Positions 36,419-48,930 of a stretch of 64,000 nt of DNA are shown one piece after another. The position numbers were made by a program, and so were the translations under genes. A model generated the notes under the pieces. It worked only from the letters and a program-made list of their open reading frames with translations. It was not told the origin of the DNA and searched no databases. The stretch covers positions 64,001 to 128,000 of the forward strand of contig JBIJDH010000014.1 of the NCBI GenBank assembly GCA_044344255.1, given 5' to 3'. Each line of letters starts with the position of its first letter. Within the stretch, counting starts at the first letter, position 1. The stretch is from Myxococcota bacterium. Lineage in GTDB: Bacteria; Myxococcota_A; UBA796; UBA2385.

Positions 36419-36805
36419 TCATCGGAGGAGATCTTCGTTGCAAACATCTTCTCGCTCTTCCTTTGACAGCCTGCCGAAAACTATGCTCGCACATGTTGAA
36501 TTGTAATATCTCAGCATTGACGATATACTGTATATTATTGCGATTAGCGATAGAACCACTACCCGCAGCGGGATCCGCATGTGATGGCGTTCGCATAGAA
36601 TAAGGAATGTGGACGCCATTGTCGCCGCGGCCCAGCCACTACTGAATTCTATGATTAAAGCGGCTTCTGCATCTACCGGCATCCAGTAGTCGTCGGAGAA
36701 GCCCATACGTACGCTTCCGTTAAGGAGCACGGTTGGGGAGATTGCGAGGACGGCTCCAGCAGCCCCAATGAGCGTCGATGTCAAAGATTTGGACAAGCTT
36801 GGCAA
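36419..36805 (-). CDS. Hypothetical membrane protein (immunity-like), foreign composition
   Basis: 128-aa ORF with about 3 hydrophobic segments in an AT-rich tract. Confidence 0.5.
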   Translation of the reverse strand: MPSLSKSLTSTLIGAAGAVLAISPTVLLNGSVRMGFSDDYWMPVDAEAALIIEFSSGWAAATMASTFLILCERHHMRIPLRVVVLSLIAIIYSISSMLRYYNSTCASIVFGRLSKEEREDVCNEDLLR

Positions 36806-36807
36806 GT

Positions 36808-37020
36808 TCAGCTCCCCAAGGACCAGAGCAGTCGATAGAGTTCGTCGATCGACGATATTTGGCCAGTGGAAATCCCCTGACCGATGGATTGCGCTTCTCG
36901 GAATAGAGCGAAATCTTCCCGACTCGCCCCCTGGCGATCCAACGGCGTCATCAGATCCACCCGCCCACTTTCATAGAGCGTGTTTTGCGTGAGAACTTCA
37001 AGGCCCCCTTCGTGGGACAA
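36808..37020 (-). pseudogene. Possible C-terminal fragment of a foreign gene (toxin-tip-like)
   Basis: Open frame running from the right inverted repeat to a stop 2 nt before the 36805 start. Confidence 0.3.
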
Positions 37021-37291
37021 TAAACATAGTTCTCGGGTTCTCGGTGCCAGGCTCTGACTGTTGCGCATTCAGCGCCGCTGGCGCCGGACCCATCGGATCG
37101 ACGAGCCGGTCCCTCCCTCTGCCGCCTCGGTCGAGGCGTCCCCGAGCTTACGCCGGCGACCGGCTGGGTCTCAAGGTGTCCACACCAAGTCGGCGTCTGG
37201 CGGGGTGGGATGAAGGACTGCATTCCTCGATCCTACCCGAGCGCCGGCGTATCGGGGCCTCATCCCGCAGGCCCGCTCAGGGTAGGGCCGC

Positions 37292-38020
37292 ATGCGCCCG
37301 CCCTGCGCCGTCCCAAGACCGACTTCGTCTTCAAGCGCATTCGTCGGCACCGAGGAGCACAAGGACCTCCTGGGTGCCCTGCTGGAGGTCCTCCTCCACC
37401 TCGACGAGGCCCACAGCATCGAGGGGCTCTCCTTCCTCCCGCCGGAGCAGGTCCCGGTGGCGGAGGGGCAGAAATCTCCGTCGTCGACGTGAAGGTCCGC
37501 GACCGGCGCAGGGTCACCTACGTCCAGTACGCCTTCATGGAGCTGCCCCGAACCGGGCAGGAGCACGCGCCCCAGGGCATCGTCGAGCCGTGGGCCGGGT
37601 TTTTCGGGGAGACCCGCTCCCTCTCCGCCGTCCCCCCAGCCGCCCCGACCCCGGCCGACGCACCCTCGACGCCGCCCGCACTGGCGGCTTCATGGAGGCC
37701 GAATGGGAGGCCTACGAGCGCTCCTGCATGGCCGAGCAGGACGCCCGAGGCGCCATCACCTTCGCCCAGCGGTAGGCTCGGGAGGAGGGCAGAGCAGCAG
37801 GACGTGAGGCGGGGCGAGAGGAGGGCAACGGAATCGCTCGTGCGGCGACAGCCGCCGAGAACAGGGAGGCGCTGCTCGAGCTCCTGGCCGACCGCGGGTG
37901 GACGCCGAGCGCGGTCGAGCGCGCGAGGATCGAAGCGGAGGCCAAACCCTCCCGGCTCTCCCGGTGGGTCCGCCGCGCCCTGCGTGCGCCCTCCCTCGCC
38001 GAGCTCCTCTCCGGCGGACC
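37292..38020 (+). pseudogene. Rpn family PD-(D/E)XK nuclease pseudogene
   Basis: Fragments in shifting frames: PKTDFVFKRI / GTEEHKDLL..FLPPEQVP / SVVDVKVRD..TYV / YAFMELP / EWEAYER..EQDARG, in-frame TAG at 37773, then REEGR..L..WVRRAL. Confidence 0.85.
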
Positions 38021-38055
38021 ACAGCACCGCCCAGGCCTCGGCAGATCGAACGGAG

Positions 38056-38085
38056 AAAACCCGCTCAAACCGAAGTCTGAGCGGG
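38056..38085 (-). terminator. Rho-independent terminator downstream of tRNA-Pro
   Basis: Minus strand cccgctcagac-ttcg-gtttgagcggg followed by tttt. Confidence 0.85.
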
Positions 38086-38105
38086 CTCTGGGGTTTTGCG
38101 GGTAT

Positions 38106-38183
<78 letters not shown>

Positions 38184-38195
38184 AACGAGTTGGCT

Positions 38196-38222
38196 ATTAT
38201 AGGGTCACCCTCACCTCGGCAA
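38196..38222 (-). promoter_or_regulatory. Candidate promoter of tRNA-Pro
   Basis: Perfect TATAAT just upstream of the tRNA; TTGCCG at a short 15-nt spacing. Confidence 0.45.
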
Positions 38223-38239
38223 GGGCGACCGGGGGCAGA

Positions 38240-38806
38240 TCAGGGCTCCACTGTGTCCCGAATCGCCCGAATCCTTCGGCGAAGGGCGGAGATTCGACCG
38301 AGCGCGTCTTTTACGCGGGCGACATCCACCCCGGCCGCTGCGGGCGTCGGGCCGCCCGCGAGCACCTTACGCGCGCCGGCGATCGTGTACCCCTCGTCGT
38401 GGAGCAGGCTCTTGATCCGGAGGAACCTCGACAGGTCCTGCTTGCGGTACAGCCGCTGGCCCGAGGAGGAGCGGTTCGGCTTCATCCGGAACTCGCTCTC
38501 CCAGTAGCGGAGGACGTGGGCGTCTACGCCGACGAGCTGCGCGACCTCACCGATGCGGAAGTAGAGGCGATCGGGGCCGCCGGCGTCGATGTCGGCGTCG
38601 TCGATGATCTCCTCGCCCTCGCCGGGGGGATCATCGGCGAGATCATCCTCGCCCGCGGCCTTGGCGGCCGCCGCGGCGAGGGACATACGCGTCGCGGTGT
38701 CGCCGCTCCGACGCGGCCCGGGGCCGGGGCGCGGGGTCCGCAGGCCGGGAGGCTCCGTCTTGTCTGCCACGCCCTGGGCTGGCTTCTGGCTGCGATCGTC
38801 GGCCAC
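38240..38806 (-). CDS. MerR family transcriptional regulator
   Basis: [39 protein letters not shown]; canonical ihfA-merR-tRNA-Pro synteny. Confidence 0.92.
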   Translation of the reverse strand: MADDRSQKPAQGVADKTEPPGLRTPRPGPGPRRSGDTATRMSLAAAAAKAAGEDDLADDPPGEGEEIIDDADIDAGGPDRLYFRIGEVAQLVGVDAHVLRYWESEFRMKPNRSSSGQRLYRKQDLSRFLRIKSLLHDEGYTIAGARKVLAGGPTPAAAGVDVARVKDALGRISALRRRIRAIRDTVEP

Positions 38807-38854
38807 GTCGTCCTCCGGCGGTTGGCGCTGCTGCAGCGCTCAGTCTACGCGCGT

Positions 38855-39148
38855 TCAGCGCGGATTCAGGGCGGCTCGGAGCTGTGTGGAGGGCTTGAAG
38901 GTCGCCACGCGGCGCGCGGGCAACATCATCGCCTCGCCCGTGTTCGGGTTCCGACCGAGGCGGGCGGCCTTCGGTCTGGCCGAGAAGACCCCGAAGCCCG
39001 GGATCCTCACCTTGTCACCGTCCAAGAGGGCGACGCGGATCGTCTCGAAGAGCGCGTCCACGAGCTCAACGGCGTGCTTGCGGCTCAGCCCCACATGATC
39101 CACCGCGGCCTCCACGAGGGAGGCCTTCGTCACGGTGGGCGGGGCCAC
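38855..39148 (-). CDS. ihfA: Integration host factor alpha / HU family DNA-binding protein
   Basis: TKASL, GFGVF, ARLGRNPNTGE, RRVATFKPS; synteny with merR. Confidence 0.8.
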   Translation of the reverse strand: MAPPTVTKASLVEAAVDHVGLSRKHAVELVDALFETIRVALLDGDKVRIPGFGVFSARPKAARLGRNPNTGEAMMLPARRVATFKPSTQLRAALNPR

Positions 39149-39150
39149 GC

Positions 39151-39603
39151 TCAGTCTCCCGCGGTGTCGACCAGCTTCGCCTGCCAGAGCCGGATGGTGA
39201 GCACGTCATCCCGTTGCTCACCCTCCGCGCCGACGGAGACCAGCTGCATCTTGTAGTACCCCTCGTCCGCGCTGTCCTGGGTGAGCTTGTACTCATCCTC
39301 GCCGCGGCCCGGAGAGTCGGTGCGCACGGTCACGCGATCGACCTGGTCTTCATTCTCATTGTCCACGATCACCACGATGTCGTGGGTCGTGCCGATCGGA
39401 CCACCGCCGGGAGAGATCTCGACGGTGCCCACGACCACTTCGCCCGTGCTGCTGTGCAGCTCGGACGAGACCGCGGGGAGCTCCTCGGGAGCCCCGACCG
39501 CGATCGTCAGGCTGTCATCTTTGGCGTTGAACTGCACATACTCGAACTCCCCGTCCTTGTTGCAGGCGAGGAGGAGGAGCAGCGGCAGCCCAGCGCGGAT
39601 CAC
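39151..39603 (-). CDS. Hypothetical acidic beta-rich lipoprotein
   Basis: GTG start overlapping the rplT stop; lipobox LLLAC; 150 aa. Confidence 0.75.
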   Translation of the reverse strand: MIRAGLPLLLLLACNKDGEFEYVQFNAKDDSLTIAVGAPEELPAVSSELHSSTGEVVVGTVEISPGGGPIGTTHDIVVIVDNENEDQVDRVTVRTDSPGRGEDEYKLTQDSADEGYYKMQLVSVGAEGEQRDDVLTIRLWQAKLVDTAGD

Positions 39604-39959
39604 AGCCCCAGCGCCTGCCGGGCCTGCCCGACCACCGTGGCGAAGGCCTCGGCGTCGTGGATGGCCAGCTCGGAGAGCTGCTTGCGGTTCAGCTGGATGT
39701 TCGCCACGGCGAGGCCATGAATGAACTGGCTGTAGGACATGCCGTGGGGGCCGAGGGCGGCGCCGATGCGCACGATCCACATCGCGCGGAACTGGCGCTT
39801 CTTCTCCTTGCGGCCGCGGTAGGCGTCGGCCCGGGCGTGCATCACCGCTTCTTCGGCCTGCCGGCGGAGCTTGCCGCGGGACAGGAAGAAGCCGCTGGCG
39901 CGGGCGAAGAGCTTCTTGGTACGGGTCTTCTTGATCTGAGCTCGCTTTACGCGTGCCAT
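39600..39959 (-). CDS. rplT: 50S ribosomal protein L20
   Basis: MARVKR, AYRGRKEKKRQFRAMWIVRI, YSQFIHGL, LNRK.LSELA. Confidence 0.97.
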   Translation of the reverse strand: MARVKRAQIKKTRTKKLFARASGFFLSRGKLRRQAEEAVMHARADAYRGRKEKKRQFRAMWIVRIGAALGPHGMSYSQFIHGLAVANIQLNRKQLSELAIHDAEAFATVVGQARQALGL

Positions 39960-40034
39960 CTTCGACTCCTGCTTGTTCGACCGTGTCCCAGCCCCGAGGG
40001 GCGGTGACGGCGAGCAGTCGGTGGGGGGTGTGGT

Positions 40035-40235
40035 TTAGCCGCCGTAGGGGAGGAGCGTGCGGATCTTCTCCGCATCCATCTCCTTCATGATCCCGCCCTG
40101 ACGCGCCTTCCGCTTGAAACCCTTGGAGCGGTGCTCCAGGATGTGCCGCATCTTGGCGTGCTTGAACTTCACCTTGCCAGTGGCGGTGAAGCTGAACCGC
40201 TTCTTGGCGGCGCTGTGGCTCTTCATCTTCGGCAT
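40035..40235 (-). CDS. rpmI: 50S ribosomal protein L35
   Basis: MPKMKSHSAAKKRF..TATGK...LLPY. Confidence 0.96.
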   Translation of the reverse strand: MPKMKSHSAAKKRFSFTATGKVKFKHAKMRHILEHRSKGFKRKARQGGIMKEMDAEKIRTLLPYGG

Positions 40236-40277
40236 CGGGGTCTCCAATGGGGGGCAGGGGCGATGGCCGCCTCGGCC

Positions 40278-40847
40278 CTACTTGATGGCCTTCTTGGGGG
40301 CCATGATCATGAACATCTGCTTGCCTTCCATGCTCGGCCGCTGCTCGATGAGCGCGATATCCTGGAGCATCTCGGCCACTTCTTGGCAACGCTCTTCACC
40401 GATCTCTCGGTGAGCGATCTCGCGACCACGGAAGCGCACCGTAAACTTCACCTTGTCGCCCTCTTCGAGGAAGCGCCGCGCGTGCTTGAGCTTCACGTCG
40501 AAGTCATGGTCGTCGGTCTTCGGGCGGAGCTTGAGCTCCTTGACGAGCACGACAGCCTGATTCTTGCGGGCGACCGCCTCTTTCTTCTGCTTCTCGTACT
40601 TGAGCTTGCCAAAGTCACCGATCTTGCAGACCGGAGGACGCGCCGTCGGGGCGACTTCGATGAGGTCCATGCCCCGATCTTCAGCCATCGCGATCGCGTC
40701 TTCGGTGAGGAACTCGCCCAGCTTGTTCCCCTCCTCATCGATGACCAACACCCGCGGCGTGCGGATGCGATCGTTGATGCGGATGGAACCTTCCCGTTCG
40801 GGTTCGACGGGCCGTCGCCGGGGGGGCCTGCTGGGGGGTCGCCGCAA
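40278..40847 (-). CDS. infC: Translation initiation factor IF-3
   Basis: RINDRI, DLIEVAP.ARPPVCKI.DFGK.KYE, KELKLRP, FL.EGDKVK..VRFRGRE; TTG start after GGAG. Confidence 0.97.
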   Translation of the reverse strand: MRRPPSRPPRRRPVEPEREGSIRINDRIRTPRVLVIDEEGNKLGEFLTEDAIAMAEDRGMDLIEVAPTARPPVCKIGDFGKLKYEKQKKEAVARKNQAVVLVKELKLRPKTDDHDFDVKLKHARRFLEEGDKVKFTVRFRGREIAHREIGEERCQEVAEMLQDIALIEQRPSMEGKQMFMIMAPKKAIK

Positions 40848-40924
40848 GGAGACTCCAAATGAAGGAGGATGGACACTTTTTGACGATCGGGGCCAAGGAA
40901 GACCCGGTCGTGTGAGAACGACGG

Positions 40925-40953
40925 CGGGTAACGCAGGCTAACCGCGTCGTCAA
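40925..40953 (-). promoter_or_regulatory. Candidate infC operon promoter
   Basis: TTGACG-17 bp-TACCCG on the minus strand. Confidence 0.35.
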
Positions 40954-40961
40954 CAAAGCAG

Positions 40962-40991
40962 AGACCCCGAGGGGGAAGCCCCTCGGGGTCT
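40962..40991 (-). terminator. Hairpin terminator after tRNA-Val
   Basis: agaccccgagggg-cttc-cccctcggggtct perfect 13-bp stem, followed by ctgctttgttg. Confidence 0.75.
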
Positions 40992-41000
40992 ACAGGTGAC

Positions 41001-41075
41001 TGGTAGGCATGGGCGGTTTCGAACCGCCGACCCCCGCCGTGTCAGGACGGTGCTCTACCACTGAGCTACATGCCT
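41001..41075 (-). tRNA. tRNA-Val(GAC)
   Basis: Cloverleaf aggcatg...ccgtc-ctgacac-ggcgg...GTTCGAAA...catgcctACCA, 75 nt. Confidence 0.96.
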
Positions 41076-41091
41076 TCGCTGTGGTGCTCCT

Positions 41092-41120
41092 TGTTTATTC
41101 AGTACCCTTCGGATCGTCAA
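41092..41120 (-). promoter_or_regulatory. Candidate tRNA-Val promoter (within the lipB 3' end)
   Basis: TTGACG-17 bp-TAAACA. Confidence 0.5.
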
Positions 41121-41775
41121 GGCGCCTCGAGAACTTCCGCGCCGCCCGGATGGCCTCCACCAGCGAGGCCCCCAGGGATTCAGCGGCTTCTTCCGGACTT
41201 GGCGCGGCCCCGAGAATCTTGGCCACGCTGGTCACACCGGCGCCGACGATCCCGCAGGGGACGATCAGGTCAAAGGCGCCGAGGTCGGGCTTGAGGTTGA
41301 CCGCGAGGCCGTGCATCGAGACCCCCAGACGGATGTGGAGCCCGATCGCGCAGATCTTCTCCTGCCCCACCCACACCCCCGCGAGGCCCTCCCGGCGGCC
41401 GGCGGCGATCCCCAGCGGGGCCAGCCATCGGATCACCCCCTCCTCCATCGCCGCCACGAGGCCGCGAACGCCGATGCCCCGGCCGCCCGCGTCGATGAAG
41501 AGGTAGGCGACGAGCTGACCGGGGCCATGCCAGGTCGCGAGCCCACCCCGCTCGACCGCGAAGCGCGCGATGCCGGCCTCGGCGAGCCGAGCCTCAGCGG
41601 GCACGCCCGCGGCCTCCCGGCGGCCGGTGGTGATCACGGGGTCGTGCTCGAGGAGCCAGACCTGCTCGGGGGCGAGGCCAGCGATCACCTCCTCCCGCGC
41701 GGCCCGCTGGAGCGCGAGCGCCTCTCCGTAGGGCACCCGACCGAGCCAGCGGGTGAGGATCGGCCGCTCAGCCAC
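41095..41775 (-). CDS. lipB: Lipoyl(octanoyl) transferase LipB
   Basis: LEHDPVIT.G, RGG..TWHGPGQLVAY, KICAIG, HGLAVN, IVPCG. Confidence 0.96.
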   Translation of the reverse strand: MAERPILTRWLGRVPYGEALALQRAAREEVIAGLAPEQVWLLEHDPVITTGRREAAGVPAEARLAEAGIARFAVERGGLATWHGPGQLVAYLFIDAGGRGIGVRGLVAAMEEGVIRWLAPLGIAAGRREGLAGVWVGQEKICAIGLHIRLGVSMHGLAVNLKPDLGAFDLIVPCGIVGAGVTSVAKILGAAPSPEEAAESLGASLVEAIRAARKFSRRLDDPKGTE

Positions 41776-43066
41776 CCGTGAAGACCTTGCTGTTGCGGTA
41801 GAGGCCGAGCCACTCCGCGGCCACCACCGAGAGCACCGCCGTCACGGGGATCGCGATCAACATCCCCCAGATGCCGAGCAGCCCGCCGCCCACGATGAGG
41901 GCGATCATCACCACGAGCGGCGGCAGGCCCACCTTGTCGCCCACGATGCGAGGGGTGAGCACGTAGCCCTCGATCCCCTGCACCACGACGAAGACGACGA
42001 CCACCCCGATCACCTGCCAGGAGATCCCGAACTTGATCAGGGCCAGCAGGACCGACAGCACGACCCCCACCACCGTGCCGAGGTACGGCACGATGAAGAG
42101 CAGGCCGGCCATCACGCCCACACCGACAGCGAGGTCAATCCCGACGATCAGGAGGCCCACGCTGTAGAGGCCCGACAGGGCGAGGCAGACCGTGATCTGA
42201 CCGCGCACGAAGGCGCCGAGGCGCACGTCGACCTCCGTGGCGATGCGGACCACCCGCGGGCGGTGGCGGGGCGGCACGAGCTCCCCCACCGCCGCGACCA
42301 TCCGGTCCCAATCGCGCAAGAGGTAGAACAGGAAGACCGGCAGCAGCAGCAGGTTGAGGAGGGCGCTCATCAGGCCGAGCCCCTGCGTGAACAGCCCCTT
42401 GCCGAGGCCCGTCGCGGTGGCGCGGATGTCGGGCAGGTGCTCTTTCACCCAGCGAGGGGCCTCCGCCTGGAGCTGGTGGAGGTCGAGCGTGATGGTCTGG
42501 CCGGTCTTCGCTTCGATGACGGCCAGGATCGGGAGCAGGCGCTCGTCGAGGTGGTCAATGACCGGCGTGAGCTTGGCCTCGACCTGATCGGCCTGCGCCG
42601 CCACGGCGGGGATGAAGAGCAGCACGGTGGCCAGCAGCGCCATCACGAAGCTCGCGTAGATCACGCCGATGCCCGACTCCCGGGACAAGCCGCGGCGCTC
42701 CAGCCAGTCGACGACGGGGTCGAGGATGTAGGCGAGGCCTGCGCTGGCGGCGAGGATCGCGAAGACGGGCCGCAGCACCCAGAGCAGCGCCGCGCCGACC
42801 ACCGCGAAGGTGGCCCCCCACAAGAAGCGCGACCACAGCGGGTGGATCCCCCCCGAGGGCAGGGCGGCGCGGAGCTCGGCCCCCACCTCCGCGGCGAGGC
42901 CAGGGCCTGCCGGCGCCTCGGGTGTGGTCACCGCAGGCGCCTCCCTCGAAGCCACGGCGGGCACGACGGGCTCGACGGGCGGGCGCCTCGCCGACACCTG
43001 CGGGCGGCTGCGGCGGGGGCGACCGGTGGGCGAGCCGTGCAGGCTGTTCACGCTGCGGCGGATCAC
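41768..43066 (-). CDS. AI-2E family transporter (PerM-like)
   Basis: LAYILDPVVDWLE, FYLLRDW, FVRGQ, VPYLG, EGYVLTPRIVG, GIWGMLIAIP; start uncertain. Confidence 0.9.
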   Translation of the reverse strand: MIRRSVNSLHGSPTGRPRRSRPQVSARRPPVEPVVPAVASREAPAVTTPEAPAGPGLAAEVGAELRAALPSGGIHPLWSRFLWGATFAVVGAALLWVLRPVFAILAASAGLAYILDPVVDWLERRGLSRESGIGVIYASFVMALLATVLLFIPAVAAQADQVEAKLTPVIDHLDERLLPILAVIEAKTGQTITLDLHQLQAEAPRWVKEHLPDIRATATGLGKGLFTQGLGLMSALLNLLLLPVFLFYLLRDWDRMVAAVGELVPPRHRPRVVRIATEVDVRLGAFVRGQITVCLALSGLYSVGLLIVGIDLAVGVGVMAGLLFIVPYLGTVVGVVLSVLLALIKFGISWQVIGVVVVFVVVQGIEGYVLTPRIVGDKVGLPPLVVMIALIVGGGLLGIWGMLIAIPVTAVLSVVAAEWLGLYRNSKVFTGG

Positions 43067-43857
43067 GGCGCCCCCACGACGATCACCACCTTGCCCGCGG
43101 CGACGAGGCCGGGGGTGGCGGGATCTGCGGCCAAGGCGCTCGTGGGGTCGAGCAAGAGCTCCCCCCCTTGGGCGGCGCTCGCCCGCGCGAAGAGGGGGGC
43201 GTCCCCGGCGCGCTTCCAGGCGAGCGGATCGGCCGCCGAGCTCACGTAGACGACCGGCGTCGAGACGCGCGCGACGTCCTCCCCGAGGAGCTGGGCACGC
43301 AGCACCGGCCGGCCGTCGGCCGTGCTGACCGAGGGCGCGAGGCAGGGCTCGAAGGGCAAGCCGCGGGCGTCGATGACGAGGCCGGTGGCGCCCCCTGCGA
43401 CCAGCGGCGCCGGCGTGGCGGTGGCCAGCGCGCTGAGCGCCGGGCGCAGCCAGACGCCGATGTCGAGCGCGGCGTCCATCTCCACCCCGCCGGTGGGGTG
43501 GTAGCGGGTCTCCTCGATGTACCAGGACTTCATCCCGTCTTCGAGGGCGGCCGCGGTGGGGCCCCCATCCCCGAGGAGGTCCGCCACGGTGGTGTCCGGC
43601 GTGACCCGCAGCGAGGCGGCGGCGGCGGCGAGGCGCGGGGGCAGGCTGTCGAGGGCGTCCTGCTCCTGCACCCTGCGGTCCTTCCACGCGCCCACGACGA
43701 GGTCGCTGCGCGAGCTCACGATGAGGTCGAGGCTGGTCCAGTCCACGTACCCGTTGGCCCGCGGGTCGCGCACCGGCGGCGGCCCCCCTCCCGCCCACGC
43801 CGAGGCGAACGAGGAGAGCAGCAGCCAGAGGGGAGTGAGCCGGGCGGAGGGCGACAT
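43063..43857 (-). CDS. Exported hypothetical protein
   Basis: Signal peptide ASAWA; GYVDWT, TGLVIDARG, P.L.P.V, GKVVIV. Confidence 0.7.
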   Translation of the reverse strand: MSPSARLTPLWLLLSSFASAWAGGGPPPVRDPRANGYVDWTSLDLIVSSRSDLVVGAWKDRRVQEQDALDSLPPRLAAAAASLRVTPDTTVADLLGDGGPTAAALEDGMKSWYIEETRYHPTGGVEMDAALDIGVWLRPALSALATATPAPLVAGGATGLVIDARGLPFEPCLAPSVSTADGRPVLRAQLLGEDVARVSTPVVYVSSAADPLAWKRAGDAPLFARASAAQGGELLLDPTSALAADPATPGLVAAGKVVIVVGAP

Positions 43858-43890
43858 CCGCCCATCCTTATCGGAGCCTGCCCCGACCGG

Positions 43891-47499
<3,609 letters not shown>

Positions 47500-47523
47500 G
47501 GCGCTCCCGCGGAGGGGGAGCCG

Positions 47524-48930
47524 TTATCCCGCGCCCCGGCCGGCGCCCCCCGCGCCGAGGCCCCGCAGGGCCGCCCCGAGCTTGCCCGAGGCGCACTGGC
47601 TGCCGCCGCAGCAGTTGTTTCCCTGGCAGAGCTGGTTGCAGCAATTGTTACAGTTGCAGCACTGCTCTGCGCTGCGGTTGCACTCGCTGTTGCAGCTCCC
47701 GCAGCAGGAATTGCAGGCGGAGTCACACTCGCGCTCGCAGCCGCCGCAGCAGGCGTTCAAGCAGGGATCGCAGCAGGTGTCGGTGACACAGCAGGCGTCT
47801 TCGCCGCTCCCCGCGCTCTCCCCAGGCTCGGGAGGGGCCGGGTCGTCGGGGTCGGGATCGGCCGCCGGCGCCGACTTCGGGGGCGCCGACTTCGACTCGG
47901 TCTTGGTCTTGGTCTCGGTCTGGGTCTCGGTCTTGTTCCCCTTCTTCGTGCCCTTCTTCGTGCCCTTCTTCGAGGAGGGCTCTCGTTTGGGCTCGGCCCA
48001 GGCGGGGCGGAGGCCGAAGAGGAGGAGGAGGACCCAGGCGAAGGCCGCGACGAAGGCCGATCTGCGCTGGAGGTCTGCGGGCTCGACGAGGTGCTGCGCG
48101 GCGTGCAGGGCCCGGCGGGCGGCGGCGCCGAGGCGACCGATCAGCACCGACTCGATGACCTCCCGGTGGCGCCGGAGGGGGAGGTCTGCGAGGCAGCGGG
48201 ACAGCGCGCGGAGGTCGGCCCGGAGCAGGCGCGCGGCCGCCTCGACACGGGCAGGATCGATCTCCCCCTCGCGGAGCAGCGGGTTGAACGCGCCGGCCCT
48301 GCGGTCTCCCTCGACGTCTTCGACGGCGTCGATGAGGTAGATGAGCCGGCCGGTCGCGAGGCCGAGGGCTTGGATCGGCGCGGCGTCCTCGAGGCGACCG
48401 AGCGCCCCGATCCAGCCGAAGACGAGGCCGAGGGCCTGGGCGGTGGGGGCGGCGGCGGCCTCGGGGCCGGCCTGCGCGGCCTCGACGGCGGCCTGGCGGT
48501 GCTCGAAGCCCGCGAGGGGCTCCGGATCGAGGCCCAGCTCCCGGAGGCGCCCGCGGGCGACCTCGGCGGGCCCGGCGAGCAGGGGCCGGGCCGCGCGGGT
48601 GAGGCGCCCGCCGTCCATGCCGCGATCGGCGAGCCACTGGTCGGCCAGCAGCACCTGCGCGGCGGCGGCGAAGCGCATCGCCGGGCTCTCCGGCGCGACG
48701 GTGCCCTGGTGCACCACGGGGAGCAGCGGGCAGCGGGTGGCGGCGGGCGGCGCAGGCTCCTCCTGGAGCGAATCGACGAGGAGGCCCAGCAGCACCGCGT
48801 CGTAGGAGACGAGGCCCCGCATCGCGAGGCCGTGATCGGCGCCCAGGGCGGCGCAGAGGCCGCAGTAAAAGGCGCTGTGGGTGGCCTTGGGCGCCTCGGG
48901 GAGGCAGCCGGGCTTCAGGGTGCCGAACAT
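47524..48930 (-). CDS. DUF5685-like protein with TM helix and Cys-rich C-terminal tail
   Basis: MFG..P, YCGLC..LG..HG, SYDAVLL, GRLIYLIDAVEDVEGD...GAFNPL; tail with 23 Cys in 67 aa. Confidence 0.8.
   Translation of the reverse strand: MFGTLKPGCLPEAPKATHSAFYCGLCAALGADHGLAMRGLVSYDAVLLGLLVDSLQEEPAPPAATRCPLLPVVHQGTVAPESPAMRFAAAAQVLLADQWLADRGMDGGRLTRAARPLLAGPAEVARGRLRELGLDPEPLAGFEHRQAAVEAAQAGPEAAAAPTAQALGLVFGWIGALGRLEDAAPIQALGLATGRLIYLIDAVEDVEGDRRAGAFNPLLREGEIDPARVEAAARLLRADLRALSRCLADLPLRRHREVIESVLIGRLGAAARRALHAAQHLVEPADLQRRSAFVAAFAWVLLLLFGLRPAWAEPKREPSSKKGTKKGTKKGNKTETQTETKTKTESKSAPPKSAPAADPDPDDPAPPEPGESAGSGEDACCVTDTCCDPCLNACCGGCERECDSACNSCCGSCNSECNRSAEQCCNCNNCCNQLCQGNNCCGGSQCASGKLGAALRGLGAGGAGRGAG

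Larger units (their letters stand above)
36094..37054. mobile_element. Low-GC cassette bounded by 13-bp perfect inverted repeats
   Basis: gagcctggcaccg (36094-36106) and cggtgccaggctc (37042-37054); gttctcgggtt present near both ends; interior visibly AT-rich. Confidence 0.55.

Noticed and set aside
39151..40389. 412-aa ORF spanning rpmI and rplT
   Set aside because: The upstream part is an alternative frame of ribosomal genes; only 39151-39603 with a lipobox is credible
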